Below, one piece after another: positions 36,996 to 46,541 of a DNA stretch of 56,346 nt. How positions within the stretch are numbered: the stretch's first letter is position 1; each line of letters begins with the position of its first letter. The stretch comes from a virus (lineage: Duplodnaviria; Caudoviricetes): positions 1-56,346 of IMG/VR virus record IMGVR_UViG_3300028733_000004; one strand, 5' to 3'. The notes beneath the pieces are model-generated. The model was not told where the DNA came from and did not search any database. It was given only the letters and a program-made list of their open reading frames with translations. A program made the position numbers and the translations under genes.

Positions 36996-37617
36996 CGACT
37001 GTTATTTCTATTTCTTTCCTTAATGCAGTAATAAAATTAGAGTGGGTCTTAGTCCTTGGTAAGTCAAAAAAATCTAATAACATAATAATGCTGGGTTTAG
37101 AGTTCTGAGTTTTCATCATATCTTTTATAAACTCAGGTGGATCATTCTGTACTTCAAATAACAGGAATGCATCTGGGCTTAAATTATTACGCATAAATGT
37201 ATATAACCTATCCATCCTGGCTTGTATTAATTCACTTTCTGAATGATCTTCAATAAGCTCTTTGCTATCATCAAATAAATCTTCCATACTTGTCAATGCT
37301 TGATAGTATTCTGACTGTTCAGTATAGGCCTTCCTAAGTAACCTATTTTTAAATGTCATAAGTGAACTTATAAGGGTAGCCCTTAAATGTTCTTCACTAT
37401 ATTCCCCCTGATACTTATTAAATACATAAAGAAACTTATCCCAGAAATAAGATTGGATAACATCATTGGGAACATTAAACCTTCTCTCATCCACATTTCT
37501 AGCCAACCTTTTAACTAAAGGTTTTAAGTTACGGTATAGCTTATTAAAAAGCATCTCATCGTAATCCTCCATTACCTTCAACCTATGCAGTTCACTGCCA
37601 TCACTATTTATTTCCAT
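36970..37617 (-). CDS. Phage RNA polymerase sigma-factor-like protein
   Basis: Region-2-like FNKLYRNLKPLVKRLARN...DVIQSYFWDKFLYVFNKY; start taken at ATG 37617 because the track TTG lies in the promoter. Confidence 0.6.
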   Translation of the reverse strand: MEINSDGSELHRLKVMEDYDEMLFNKLYRNLKPLVKRLARNVDERRFNVPNDVIQSYFWDKFLYVFNKYQGEYSEEHLRATLISSLMTFKNRLLRKAYTEQSEYYQALTSMEDLFDDSKELIEDHSESELIQARMDRLYTFMRNNLSPDAFLLFEVQNDPPEFIKDMMKTQNSKPSIIMLLDFFDLPRTKTHSNFITALRKEIEITVEKAKAELK

Positions 37618-37637
37618 ATTTGAATTATTAATTATTT

Positions 37638-37668
37638 GCAAATATAATACATATTTTTATATATGCAA
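37638..37668 (-). promoter_or_regulatory. Host sigma-A early promoter for the sigma-like gene
   Basis: Minus strand TTGCATATATAAAAATATGTATTATATTTGC closely resembles the 841-872 promoter. Confidence 0.7.
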
Positions 37669-37797
37669 TGGAAAGCTAGCACAATTTTTCACCTTAGTAG
37701 TATACTTTATGTGGATTGATATTAGGAGATGCTAGCTTATGTACACCTGAGTACTACTATATACTATTATAATACAATAAACAACATTAACTCTAAC

Positions 37798-39231
37798 ATG
37801 AACAAGAAAGCTAGTACAAAAGAGAAGTTTTCATTTCTCCCGGAATTTCAATTAGAAGTATTAAGATATATTATAAAAGACCCGGATGGTGTAACAGCTT
37901 TACAAAAGGTTAAACCTAACTATCTAACACTTATTGAACACTCAATTATTGCAGAGGGTGTATTAACATTCTTTAAAAAACACAGTCGCATACCTAGTAA
38001 GCCAATCCTGAAAGAAACCATTAAAAGGGTATTAGAGAGTAAGAACTACCTTGATCTTGTAACACAAGAAGATGTACCTGAGATTAATAAAGTAGTTGAT
38101 AACCTATACCACAACCCATTAAAAGACCCAGACATTATCAGGGAAGAGGTATTTAAGTTTGCTGCATACGTTGAGATGAAGAATCTCAGTGAGTCATTTG
38201 ACTTAGAAAACTTTAGTCAGTATAGCGAGTATCAAAACAAGGTAAGTAAGATTATCCAAGAGGCTAGTCCTAAAAAGGTAGATAAACCTTTAATGATGGT
38301 AAAGGGTGTTATCAGCAGGCAATTAGATAGGCAGGCAAATCCTAATGTAGTACCAACACCATTCAGGCAACTTAATGAACTAACTAATGGTGGGGGTTAT
38401 CCAAAGGGTTCAATTGTAGTACTACTTGATAAGGCTAAAGCTAAGAAATCATTCACATTGGTTAATGCTGCTAGGGGTTATCTTAGGATGAAAAAAAATG
38501 TATTATATATTGATACTGAAAATGGTAAACGGGAAATTATGGACAGGATGATACAGTCTACCCTTAATAAAACTAAAAAGGAAATGTTTTCTGGTGAACA
38601 TGATAAGTTAGAACAAAAACATGTTAGGAAATATAAACGAATAGGTTCTGAGTTTATCGTTGAAAGGGTTGCTGCAATGATATCTGATGCTAATGATATC
38701 AAGGAAATTATACATACAGTTGAAAAGGAGTTGGGGATAAAGATACATGTATTAGTATTAGATTATGCTGCTAAAATGGCATCCATAGGCAAACACAAAG
38801 ATGACAATGATAGGCTATTTAATGTATATGTGGAATTACAAAACCTTGCACTAGAAGAAAACATAGAATCGGTTTGGACTGCTAACCATGTTACAAGGGA
38901 AGGATCTAAACATAAGGAAACTAGGTATGAGGAAAATGATATTGCATCTGCTATATCTATTGTAAGAAATGCACAAGCTATCATAGGACTTAACAGTACA
39001 CAGGAAGAAGAAGACAATGAGATACAAAGGATGGAAATAGTAGTTCAAAGGGATGGTAAACCATTTGGTAGAGCACTATTCAACCTAAGTGTTGAAACAC
39101 AAAGGATGAATGAATTTACAAAGGTTCAAAGGGAAGTATATGATAAAGAGTATGGACCTAAACTAGAGGCATCAATAAAGAAGAAGGTAAGGGCTGGAAC
39201 AAAAGATGTAAAGGGTAACGGAGATATTTAA
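37798..39231 (+). CDS. Replicative DnaB-like helicase
   Basis: VPTPFRQLNELTNGG, LYIDTE, LVLDY, WTANH; degenerate Walker A; start taken at ATG 37798. Confidence 0.88.
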   Translation: MNKKASTKEKFSFLPEFQLEVLRYIIKDPDGVTALQKVKPNYLTLIEHSIIAEGVLTFFKKHSRIPSKPILKETIKRVLESKNYLDLVTQEDVPEINKVVDNLYHNPLKDPDIIREEVFKFAAYVEMKNLSESFDLENFSQYSEYQNKVSKIIQEASPKKVDKPLMMVKGVISRQLDRQANPNVVPTPFRQLNELTNGGGYPKGSIVVLLDKAKAKKSFTLVNAARGYLRMKKNVLYIDTENGKREIMDRMIQSTLNKTKKEMFSGEHDKLEQKHVRKYKRIGSEFIVERVAAMISDANDIKEIIHTVEKELGIKIHVLVLDYAAKMASIGKHKDDNDRLFNVYVELQNLALEENIESVWTANHVTREGSKHKETRYEENDIASAISIVRNAQAIIGLNSTQEEEDNEIQRMEIVVQRDGKPFGRALFNLSVETQRMNEFTKVQREVYDKEYGPKLEASIKKKVRAGTKDVKGNGDI

Positions 39232-39233
39232 TC

Positions 39234-40184
39234 ATGGCAAGATACAACAACCAATTTAAAGGACGACTAAAAGCATACCTGATCAAGCGATTGGGTATGT
39301 TTGACTATAAGCATGGTTGGATGAAAGGCAATTGCCCCTCATGTGAAAAAGAGTTTAAATTTGGGGTAAACATATCTCTGAATAGAACTAACTGTTTTGT
39401 ATGTGGCTACAGTCCTTCACCCTTGGATATGGTAATGGACTTAGAAGGTCTTCATACTTATGCTGAGACCCTAGACTTTTTAGATCATGGAGATTTTGAA
39501 GGCTATGAATTTAAAGAAGTTAAGGTAGAACTAAAGGAAAGAATTGATGTATATCTACCTGATGGCTTCAGACTACTTAGTTTAGGTAAATCTCAATTAG
39601 CCAGGTCTGCAAGAAACTATATTAGTAAAAGGGGGTTTGATATAAAGAAAATGAGTCGTAAGGGCTGGGGCTATTCTAACAGTGAAAAGTATTTCGGTTA
39701 CATCATAATACCCTTCTACTCCCACAATAAACTAATATACTTTAATGCAAGAAATTATATGTCTACTGGCCCCCGGTATAATAACCCAGATACTGATGTA
39801 ACTGGGGTAGGCAAGTCAATGATATGGTATAATAAAGATGCATTCTATATGTATAAACAAGTTTATATACTAGAGGGTGCCTTTAATGCTGAAACATTGG
39901 GGGATAAAGCAACTGCATCTGGTGGCAAGTTTGTTTCAAGGTACCAGATAAATGATATTATCAAATCACCTGTTGAACGAATAGTAATTGTATTAGACCC
40001 AGATGCTATTGATAAAGCAGTTGACTTGGCATTAAAACTGGTTGATTATAAAAGGGTGAAAGTAGTAATACTCCCAGATGGTGAGGATGCTAATTCTTTG
40101 GGTAAAAAGGAAACAATGAAACACATATACAAAGTTAGATACCAAAACAGGCAAGATTTAATTAAACTAAAAAATGACTTATGA
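39234..40184 (+). CDS. DNA primase (Zn finger + TOPRIM)
   Basis: CPSC...CFVC; ILEGAFNA; LDPD; DANSLG. Confidence 0.9.
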   Translation: MARYNNQFKGRLKAYLIKRLGMFDYKHGWMKGNCPSCEKEFKFGVNISLNRTNCFVCGYSPSPLDMVMDLEGLHTYAETLDFLDHGDFEGYEFKEVKVELKERIDVYLPDGFRLLSLGKSQLARSARNYISKRGFDIKKMSRKGWGYSNSEKYFGYIIIPFYSHNKLIYFNARNYMSTGPRYNNPDTDVTGVGKSMIWYNKDAFYMYKQVYILEGAFNAETLGDKATASGGKFVSRYQINDIIKSPVERIVIVLDPDAIDKAVDLALKLVDYKRVKVVILPDGEDANSLGKKETMKHIYKVRYQNRQDLIKLKNDL

Positions 40185-40462
40185 TACTCTGGAAAAAATA
40201 CAAAGGGATAACTAAAGAATTAATAGATTCAGTGGGTTGGGAATTAGCAGGTGATAGTAGGTCTAGGTATTCTAATACTTTTATTGTAATGGTTAAATTT
40301 AAAAACAGTAAAGATCCATATGAGCCAAGGTTTGCTAATATAATAGCATGGGCTGACAAACATGCATACCTTAACGCTAACGATCACGTATACCTTAACA
40401 TAAATGGTATGTCTGGTTTAACTGAAGTATCCCATTACTCAAGAATAAACCTACCAAAATGA
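40181..40462 (+). CDS. Hypothetical protein
   Basis: ATGA-coupled to both neighbouring genes. Confidence 0.65.
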   Translation: MILWKKYKGITKELIDSVGWELAGDSRSRYSNTFIVMVKFKNSKDPYEPRFANIIAWADKHAYLNANDHVYLNINGMSGLTEVSHYSRINLPK

Positions 40463-41277
40463 GAGACCCCTCTATACATATCAGAAAATCAAACCTAACC
40501 TGCCTACTAAAGGAGCATGGTCTTTCCCAAAAAGATATTGAAAGTATACTAACCCAGGCAAGGAAAATATCATGTGATAACAGGTCAGTATCAATTACCA
40601 ATGACAAACTAAAGAAGGACTTAACCAGGGTACTTAAAAGTAGTAAGGGAGATACTAACCTATTGGCTGACATCATATATTCAGTCCGAATAAAACTAAA
40701 ACATAGGGGGATTAAAAAACTACATGAGACAGATAGGGACTGGCTACAATTAAAAGAACTCACCAAACTGTGCAACCAGTTCTGTGAGGATTTTGAGTTA
40801 GATAAGCGGGCTGGTTATATAAAGTATATAAGTCTGGCCTTCCCTAAAATACAATCTATGAGGGCTTACGTATCTAAGTTCATAAATATGTATGAAAGTA
40901 TATGTTCTCAATATGAGGCAGTTGGAAAGCTTAAAGAGGATAAAAATCCTGAAGAAACCCAGGAATTACATGACCTGTTTATATCTAAGGTTGCAGACAG
41001 GACAGGTATATTTGAAACTTACATGAACAATGATCAAAAGATGTTAGCATTCTATAATGCAGGCAAGTTATGCAGAGAGCTGGGGGTAGACCCAAGTATT
41101 TTCATTGAAGCACAATTTGAGTCACTGGAATGGTGCAATGGTATCCCACAACCAGAAGCATTATATGGGGATAAAGCAAAAGAGAGATTAAACAAGTATT
41201 TATATCAAAACCAAATAACAGTTAAACCACAAGCCAGTAAGGATTTTTGGAAAGGCTTAAAAAACAGAACAGCATGA
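40459..41277 (+). CDS. Hypothetical replication-region protein
   Basis: 272-aa ORF translationally coupled within the operon. Confidence 0.8.
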   Translation: MRDPSIHIRKSNLTCLLKEHGLSQKDIESILTQARKISCDNRSVSITNDKLKKDLTRVLKSSKGDTNLLADIIYSVRIKLKHRGIKKLHETDRDWLQLKELTKLCNQFCEDFELDKRAGYIKYISLAFPKIQSMRAYVSKFINMYESICSQYEAVGKLKEDKNPEETQELHDLFISKVADRTGIFETYMNNDQKMLAFYNAGKLCRELGVDPSIFIEAQFESLEWCNGIPQPEALYGDKAKERLNKYLYQNQITVKPQASKDFWKGLKNRTA

Positions 41278-41483
41278 TGAGACACAAAAAATTTAAAGCA
41301 AAACTAGCTGAGATATCTGGTTACAAAACCACCTATGCTCAATTGAACCTAAGCCAAACTATTAAAATCATGAGGGCAGTTAAGAAACTGTTTGGTGATA
41401 TGAGCATGATTGAGTACCATGAACTAATAGAAAAGTTTCCTAATTTAGGAAAGGGTGCTGATTTTCATGATCTGCCATTCTGA
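41274..41483 (+). CDS. Hypothetical protein
   Basis: ATG 41274 overlaps the upstream TGA (MMRHKK). Confidence 0.6.
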   Translation: MMRHKKFKAKLAEISGYKTTYAQLNLSQTIKIMRAVKKLFGDMSMIEYHELIEKFPNLGKGADFHDLPF

Positions 41484-42964
41484 TGAAAAAAATAAACATA
41501 GAAATTATAAACTATAACCAGGGCCAGTTAGATGGTCCTATGGTTATTATGAATAAGCTATATGAAGAGTTTGGTATAAAACACCCAAATGCTTGGCATA
41601 TAAAGATGGCTGGTGGTAGGGAATGGGATGGCATAGTACATTACATAACTGAGTATGGTAAATTCAAAATAGGTCTTTTACCCATAATCTATAAAAGGTT
41701 GGTTGAGTTAGAATATGAGGTTAAAGTTATTGATAACCGAGAACCCATAAGAATTGTACCTAAGGTACCAAAGATGGTAGGTAATTTAAAACCAAGGCCA
41801 CAACAAAGGCAGGTAATGGATGCTATCATAAATAACAAAGTTGGAGGTAAGCCATTCTATATAGGTACACAAAACTTAGCTGTTAACTTTGGTAAGTCAA
41901 TGATAATGGCTGGACTATACCTTGCATTTAAAAAAGGTTTAAAAACCCTATTACTAACTAATGATAAGGACTGGCTAGAACAATCAAGGTCTGAATTTAA
42001 GGACTTACTACCTGGTGAGAATATAACATTTGTACAGGGGGGTAAGGTATTTAACTGGGGCAACTTCTCTATAGGTATGGTACAATCAATATCAAGGAAC
42101 CTGGGGAACTACCAAAAGGAGTTAAACAACATTGATATGTTACTTATTGATGAGGGTGACCTTATTGATAATAAAACATATAAGGGCGTAATTCAACACT
42201 TATGGGGAACATCAGTTAGGCTAATTTTCTCAGGTTCTATATACATGAGTAAGCTTAAGAAAGACCTGGTTCATAATATGAATATAAGGCAATTCGCTGG
42301 GGATGAACTAACTATCATCAAGTTAGATGAGATGATTAAAAAGGGGTACTCTACCCCAGTAATTGTGAAAATGGTCCCAACAGAGTATAACAAGGATAAG
42401 AAAAAACTGGGAGGCTATCCCGATGAGTATTCAAAAGTTATATCAACTAGCCAACATGCTTATGGTGTATCCCTGGATAGGACAAGGTATAACTTACAAT
42501 ATGGTAGGACTCCCATGCTTATAGTAACCAAGTATATTGAGCATTGTGAAAAGCTTTATTCTTATTATATGAGTTATATATCTTTACTAGAAAAGTCTGT
42601 AGGCAGGAAATTAGTAGTGAAAAGAGTTCACCATGATACTAAAGATAGGAAAAAGATTTTATCTAACTTCAGAGATGGAAAAATTGACATCCTTATATCT
42701 AATACATTTATTGCCAGAGGGAAGAACTTCCCACTATTACAGTATATGCAGAATACTGCTAGCATGGACTCTAATGAAAAGACACTTCAGCTTATGGGTA
42801 GGTTGGTTAGAACACATGAGAGTAAGACTAAAACTTACTTAGATGATATTCAATACAATGGTAAATATCTTTCAAAACATGCTAAGCACCGAAAAAACTA
42901 TTATACTAAAGAGAACCTTAAAGTGATCATGTTAAATAGGTTAACACCCAAGAAGTCCTTATAA
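41483..42964 (+). CDS. Superfamily 2 helicase (UvsW-like)
   Basis: PRPQQ, AVNFGKS, IDEGD, FSGS, RGKNFP, QLMGRLVR. Confidence 0.9.
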   Translation: MKKINIEIINYNQGQLDGPMVIMNKLYEEFGIKHPNAWHIKMAGGREWDGIVHYITEYGKFKIGLLPIIYKRLVELEYEVKVIDNREPIRIVPKVPKMVGNLKPRPQQRQVMDAIINNKVGGKPFYIGTQNLAVNFGKSMIMAGLYLAFKKGLKTLLLTNDKDWLEQSRSEFKDLLPGENITFVQGGKVFNWGNFSIGMVQSISRNLGNYQKELNNIDMLLIDEGDLIDNKTYKGVIQHLWGTSVRLIFSGSIYMSKLKKDLVHNMNIRQFAGDELTIIKLDEMIKKGYSTPVIVKMVPTEYNKDKKKLGGYPDEYSKVISTSQHAYGVSLDRTRYNLQYGRTPMLIVTKYIEHCEKLYSYYMSYISLLEKSVGRKLVVKRVHHDTKDRKKILSNFRDGKIDILISNTFIARGKNFPLLQYMQNTASMDSNEKTLQLMGRLVRTHESKTKTYLDDIQYNGKYLSKHAKHRKNYYTKENLKVIMLNRLTPKKSL

Positions 42965-42999
42965 AAACCCCAGGTACTACTAATTATAAACAAAACAAT

Positions 43000-43407
43000 A
43001 TGTCAACTAAAGTAAAGAAAAAGAAGTCACTACTGCCTGACTTGTCCAAGATGGATATCCTAAAGCCATTATCAATTACTGATATAGGGTCTAATGGTGA
43101 TCCATGCTTTGGTAAGGCTTATGATCTGTCAACTAAAGAATGTAAGATGTGTGGAGATTCTGAATTATGTGCAATAGTATTTGCCCAGACAATGAATACC
43201 ACAAGAGGTGAAATTGAGAAGGAAAAACATTTCAAGGACATGGATGTATTAATTGATATTCCAGGTGTAAAAAAATACATGAGGAAATTGAAGCGTACGG
43301 GGTATATTAAGAAGGATATTATTACAATGTCCATGGCTAAGTTTGAAATAGCTAAATCAGATACAAGGGATATATATAGAAGTTTAAACAATTTAAAAGA
43401 AGAGTAA
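43000..43407 (+). CDS. Cys-rich hypothetical protein
   Basis: DPCFGK...ECKMCGDSELC. Confidence 0.75.
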   Translation: MSTKVKKKKSLLPDLSKMDILKPLSITDIGSNGDPCFGKAYDLSTKECKMCGDSELCAIVFAQTMNTTRGEIEKEKHFKDMDVLIDIPGVKKYMRKLKRTGYIKKDIITMSMAKFEIAKSDTRDIYRSLNNLKEE

Positions 43408-43913
43408 TGGATGATAATATACCAGGCTTCCCAGGTTACCATATAGCTAGAGGTGGGAAGTTATACAATAGGGGAAAGCCAAAACCAACGTATGTTCATA
43501 AGAATGGGTACTTAAGGTCTAGGTTAAGAAATGAAAAAGGTAAAACTTATAACAAAACTATACATAGGCTAGTTGCCATAGCTTGGGTACCAAATCCAAA
43601 GCCTGGTATATATAATACTGTATTACATAATGATAATATAAGGTTACACAACTTTGATACAAACTTACACTGGGGTACACAACAGGAAAATATAGACCAG
43701 GCTATAAAAGATGGTATCATGAATGTAAAGGGTAAGAATAATCCCATGTATGGTGTACACAGAGATTGTAGGGGTAAAGTAAACAAAACCTTATCAGGTA
43801 ATAAGAAAACTCAGGTAAGGGGATTATACAAAACAGGAAACTATAAACTTACTGAGTTAGCAAAAAAGTTTTCAGTAGGAACTAAGAATATAAAACGAAT
43901 TATAAACATTTAA
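43407..43913 (+). CDS. Free-standing HNH homing endonuclease
   Basis: IPGFPGY, IHRLVAIAWVPNP, VLHNDN...NLHWGTQQEN, NPMYG, C-terminal HTH. Confidence 0.9.
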   Translation: MDDNIPGFPGYHIARGGKLYNRGKPKPTYVHKNGYLRSRLRNEKGKTYNKTIHRLVAIAWVPNPKPGIYNTVLHNDNIRLHNFDTNLHWGTQQENIDQAIKDGIMNVKGKNNPMYGVHRDCRGKVNKTLSGNKKTQVRGLYKTGNYKLTELAKKFSVGTKNIKRIINI

Positions 43914-43924
43914 AACTTAACATT

Positions 43925-44797
43925 TTGGACATAAGAGATGTAAAAGAAGAACCACAAGTAGTAGAAGGTGGGATGTATTTAGAAAAGATTTATGAGTTAC
44001 AAAAGGTATTGGTAGACCACTATGTAAAAATTGAAGGCCTACCACCTTACCCAATTAGTGTAAACACAAAACCCAGCCAGATAATCCTGAAGGATTTTAC
44101 GGGTAGGGTAATTGAAGAACTTGCTGAAGGGTTTGAATCTCACCTATTGATTGATGAATTAACAAGTAACAACCTTTATTGGAGTGATGAGGATGGGAGT
44201 TCTAATGATTATCAACAAATGGTAAACCACCTTCAGAACTTAAATGAAGAACAGGCAGATGCAATGCATTTCATGACTGAGTTAATGATCTATTGCAACA
44301 TTCAACCAGATGATATCCAAGCTTGGATTGATGCTTATGTAAAGAAGTACAATTTTAATAGTATAAATGCTGGTGCTCCTTATGTTGGTACCGATGGTGA
44401 TGTAATAGCTAATGCTATAGAATTAGGCTATGCTATATTTGAAGGTGATTTAACTCTTAGTAGGGAAGGTGTTAACTTGGTTAAATACATTGATGAAGTA
44501 AAACTTAAGTATCTACCTGGGGCAAGATACCTATCAATGGAATTGATGGAGTTATCTGAAAAATTGCTTTGGAGAGTTACCTACCATATCAACATTTCAA
44601 GGAACTGTTTGAAAAACAAACCCTGGAAACAGTCTGGTGTTATGACTGATGAAACTCTATACCAATCTAAAGTAGTTGAAGCATTTGTATACATGATGAC
44701 TTACTTTGGGTTTATTGGTATGGGAAGCAAGGAGATATACTACTTGTACTTCAAGAAGAATATGGTTAATCAATTCCGTATTAAATCAAACTATTAA
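43925..44797 (+). CDS. All-alpha dNTP pyrophosphatase (dimeric dUTPase / T4 gp56 dCTPase-like)
   Basis: EELAE, EEQADAMHF, KPWK, YFKKNMVNQFRIKSNY; TTG start. Confidence 0.8.
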   Translation: MDIRDVKEEPQVVEGGMYLEKIYELQKVLVDHYVKIEGLPPYPISVNTKPSQIILKDFTGRVIEELAEGFESHLLIDELTSNNLYWSDEDGSSNDYQQMVNHLQNLNEEQADAMHFMTELMIYCNIQPDDIQAWIDAYVKKYNFNSINAGAPYVGTDGDVIANAIELGYAIFEGDLTLSREGVNLVKYIDEVKLKYLPGARYLSMELMELSEKLLWRVTYHINISRNCLKNKPWKQSGVMTDETLYQSKVVEAFVYMMTYFGFIGMGSKEIYYLYFKKNMVNQFRIKSNY

Positions 44798-45726
44798 TGG
44801 GCAAGGTATCTGGCTCAATCCAAGAAAAATGCCACAACTTGGAATTTGCAACCTCCCAGGAAGCTTGGGAAGGTTTAAATGAAATGTTCATATACCATGA
44901 TAAAAGGTTATTTAAACATGGAGCATCATTTACATCGGGTATGTCTGCTGTATATAACATATTCATAAAGATAAGGAAAGCTTGGGTAGACCCAGAATTC
45001 GATTATGGTTTAATGTTTAATTACAGGGAACAGAAATGGACCACTCTAGTGAATAATTATTTAAACTTAAATAAACTAGACCTACTTAGGTCTAAAGTTC
45101 GCTACTTCCAGTCTAAGTATAACCAAAACTATAATATATCTTACTCATTTGATAACTCCCATGATAATGGGAAAGGTTGTTTATTAGCTGCAACATTTTC
45201 AAGGAGATTAAATGATGACATCCCAGTTATAACTGTAATGTTAAGGTCATCAGAGATAACTAAAAGGTTAATATTTGATCTCCTATTAGTACAAAGGATG
45301 GCAGAATATGTATATGGTAAAGAAGTAACCTGCATGATAAATATATTTGCAACTCAAATGTATTGCAATACAGAAACACTGGTAATGTATAATACTCATA
45401 GGCCACTTGCTGATGTACTTGAAGAAAACAAAAAGAAGTGGATGTCAAAGGGTATAGCAAAAGATTCATGGCCTGAAAGTTTATTAAAAACATTCAATAC
45501 CTTCATGGATAAACCTGAATCATTTGGGAGTTATAAGGTTTTCTTAAGAACTGCAAAATGCTTAAGACCTGATTATTACAAGGGGCACTATAAACCTTTA
45601 ATTGCAGTTAATATGGTTTTAGAATATGATGAGGGCATTGAATACCCCGAAACCGTCATAAGCTTCTCACAAAGAAAAGCATACAAAAAGAAACATAACA
45701 AACAACTTAAAAAACTAGTAGTATGA
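44797..45726 (+). CDS. Divergent thymidylate-synthase-fold protein (paralog 1)
   Basis: KGCL (catalytic Cys position) and LRSSEITKRLIFD (RSxD/E...D motif). Confidence 0.7.
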   Translation: MGKVSGSIQEKCHNLEFATSQEAWEGLNEMFIYHDKRLFKHGASFTSGMSAVYNIFIKIRKAWVDPEFDYGLMFNYREQKWTTLVNNYLNLNKLDLLRSKVRYFQSKYNQNYNISYSFDNSHDNGKGCLLAATFSRRLNDDIPVITVMLRSSEITKRLIFDLLLVQRMAEYVYGKEVTCMINIFATQMYCNTETLVMYNTHRPLADVLEENKKKWMSKGIAKDSWPESLLKTFNTFMDKPESFGSYKVFLRTAKCLRPDYYKGHYKPLIAVNMVLEYDEGIEYPETVISFSQRKAYKKKHNKQLKKLVV

Positions 45727-46484
45727 GGATTTACGCAAACGCTTACGAGTTAATGTCAGAAACTGGCAGAAACTTATGGGAAATGGGTGCAGAGGTTAAA
45801 CCTAAAACTTATCAAGATAAGGTAATTGAGGGTGATGACAACTTTATTACAAAAGAACTTATCTGTGAACAGTATTGTTTAACTGACTTACCAGATGAGG
45901 ATTTATTATTCTTATTTGACCCACGTTCTAAGGACTGGACAAAGGCAGAATTTGTTGAAAGGGTATCAATTGGTAAAAGCCAAAATCCTGGGGAAGCCTA
46001 TAAACTTAGGCCAGATCTTTGGGAGCAATTCATAAACAGTAGAGGGAAGTTCGACTACAACTATAATGACCGGATGAGGTATGAAAAAGCCTTGTTTAGC
46101 AGATTAGAGCTGGATAACTTGTCTATAGTAATAAAGCAACTAATGTTTGACCACCAGACAAGGAAGGCAGTATTACCAATCTACACCCTAGATGATGTAT
46201 CCAAGATACCAGAGGGCAAAAGGATACCTTGTTCAATGTATTATGACTTCTTAGTAAGGGAAGTAAATGGTGAAGAACAATTAAACATAACCTACCACCA
46301 AAGGTCTGCAGATTATGTTACCCACTTTGGTAATGATGTATTCCTTGCCTGGAAACTAATGCAATATGTTGCTTCACTGATAAAAGTTAAACCAGGGTAC
46401 CTATACCATACCATAGATTCACTACACAGTTACAAAAAAGACTGGGTAAAACTTAAAACATCAGTAGGAGACTTCAAAAAATAA
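45723..46484 (+). CDS. Thymidylate-synthase-fold protein, dCMP hydroxymethylase-like (paralog 2)
   Basis: TRKAVL, RIPCS, HQRSADYVTHFGND, SLHSY. Confidence 0.88.
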   Translation: MRIYANAYELMSETGRNLWEMGAEVKPKTYQDKVIEGDDNFITKELICEQYCLTDLPDEDLLFLFDPRSKDWTKAEFVERVSIGKSQNPGEAYKLRPDLWEQFINSRGKFDYNYNDRMRYEKALFSRLELDNLSIVIKQLMFDHQTRKAVLPIYTLDDVSKIPEGKRIPCSMYYDFLVREVNGEEQLNITYHQRSADYVTHFGNDVFLAWKLMQYVASLIKVKPGYLYHTIDSLHSYKKDWVKLKTSVGDFKK

Positions 46485-46541
46485 TACTACTAACCTGTAA
46501 TGGGAGGACTTAATTGTTCTCCCATTCGTCACCTTATAAAC

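Noticed and set aside
46501-46524. Hairpin TGGGAGGAC...GTTCTCCCA as a terminator before polA
   Set aside because: No U-tract; may be a processing or translational element, but the evidence is insufficient
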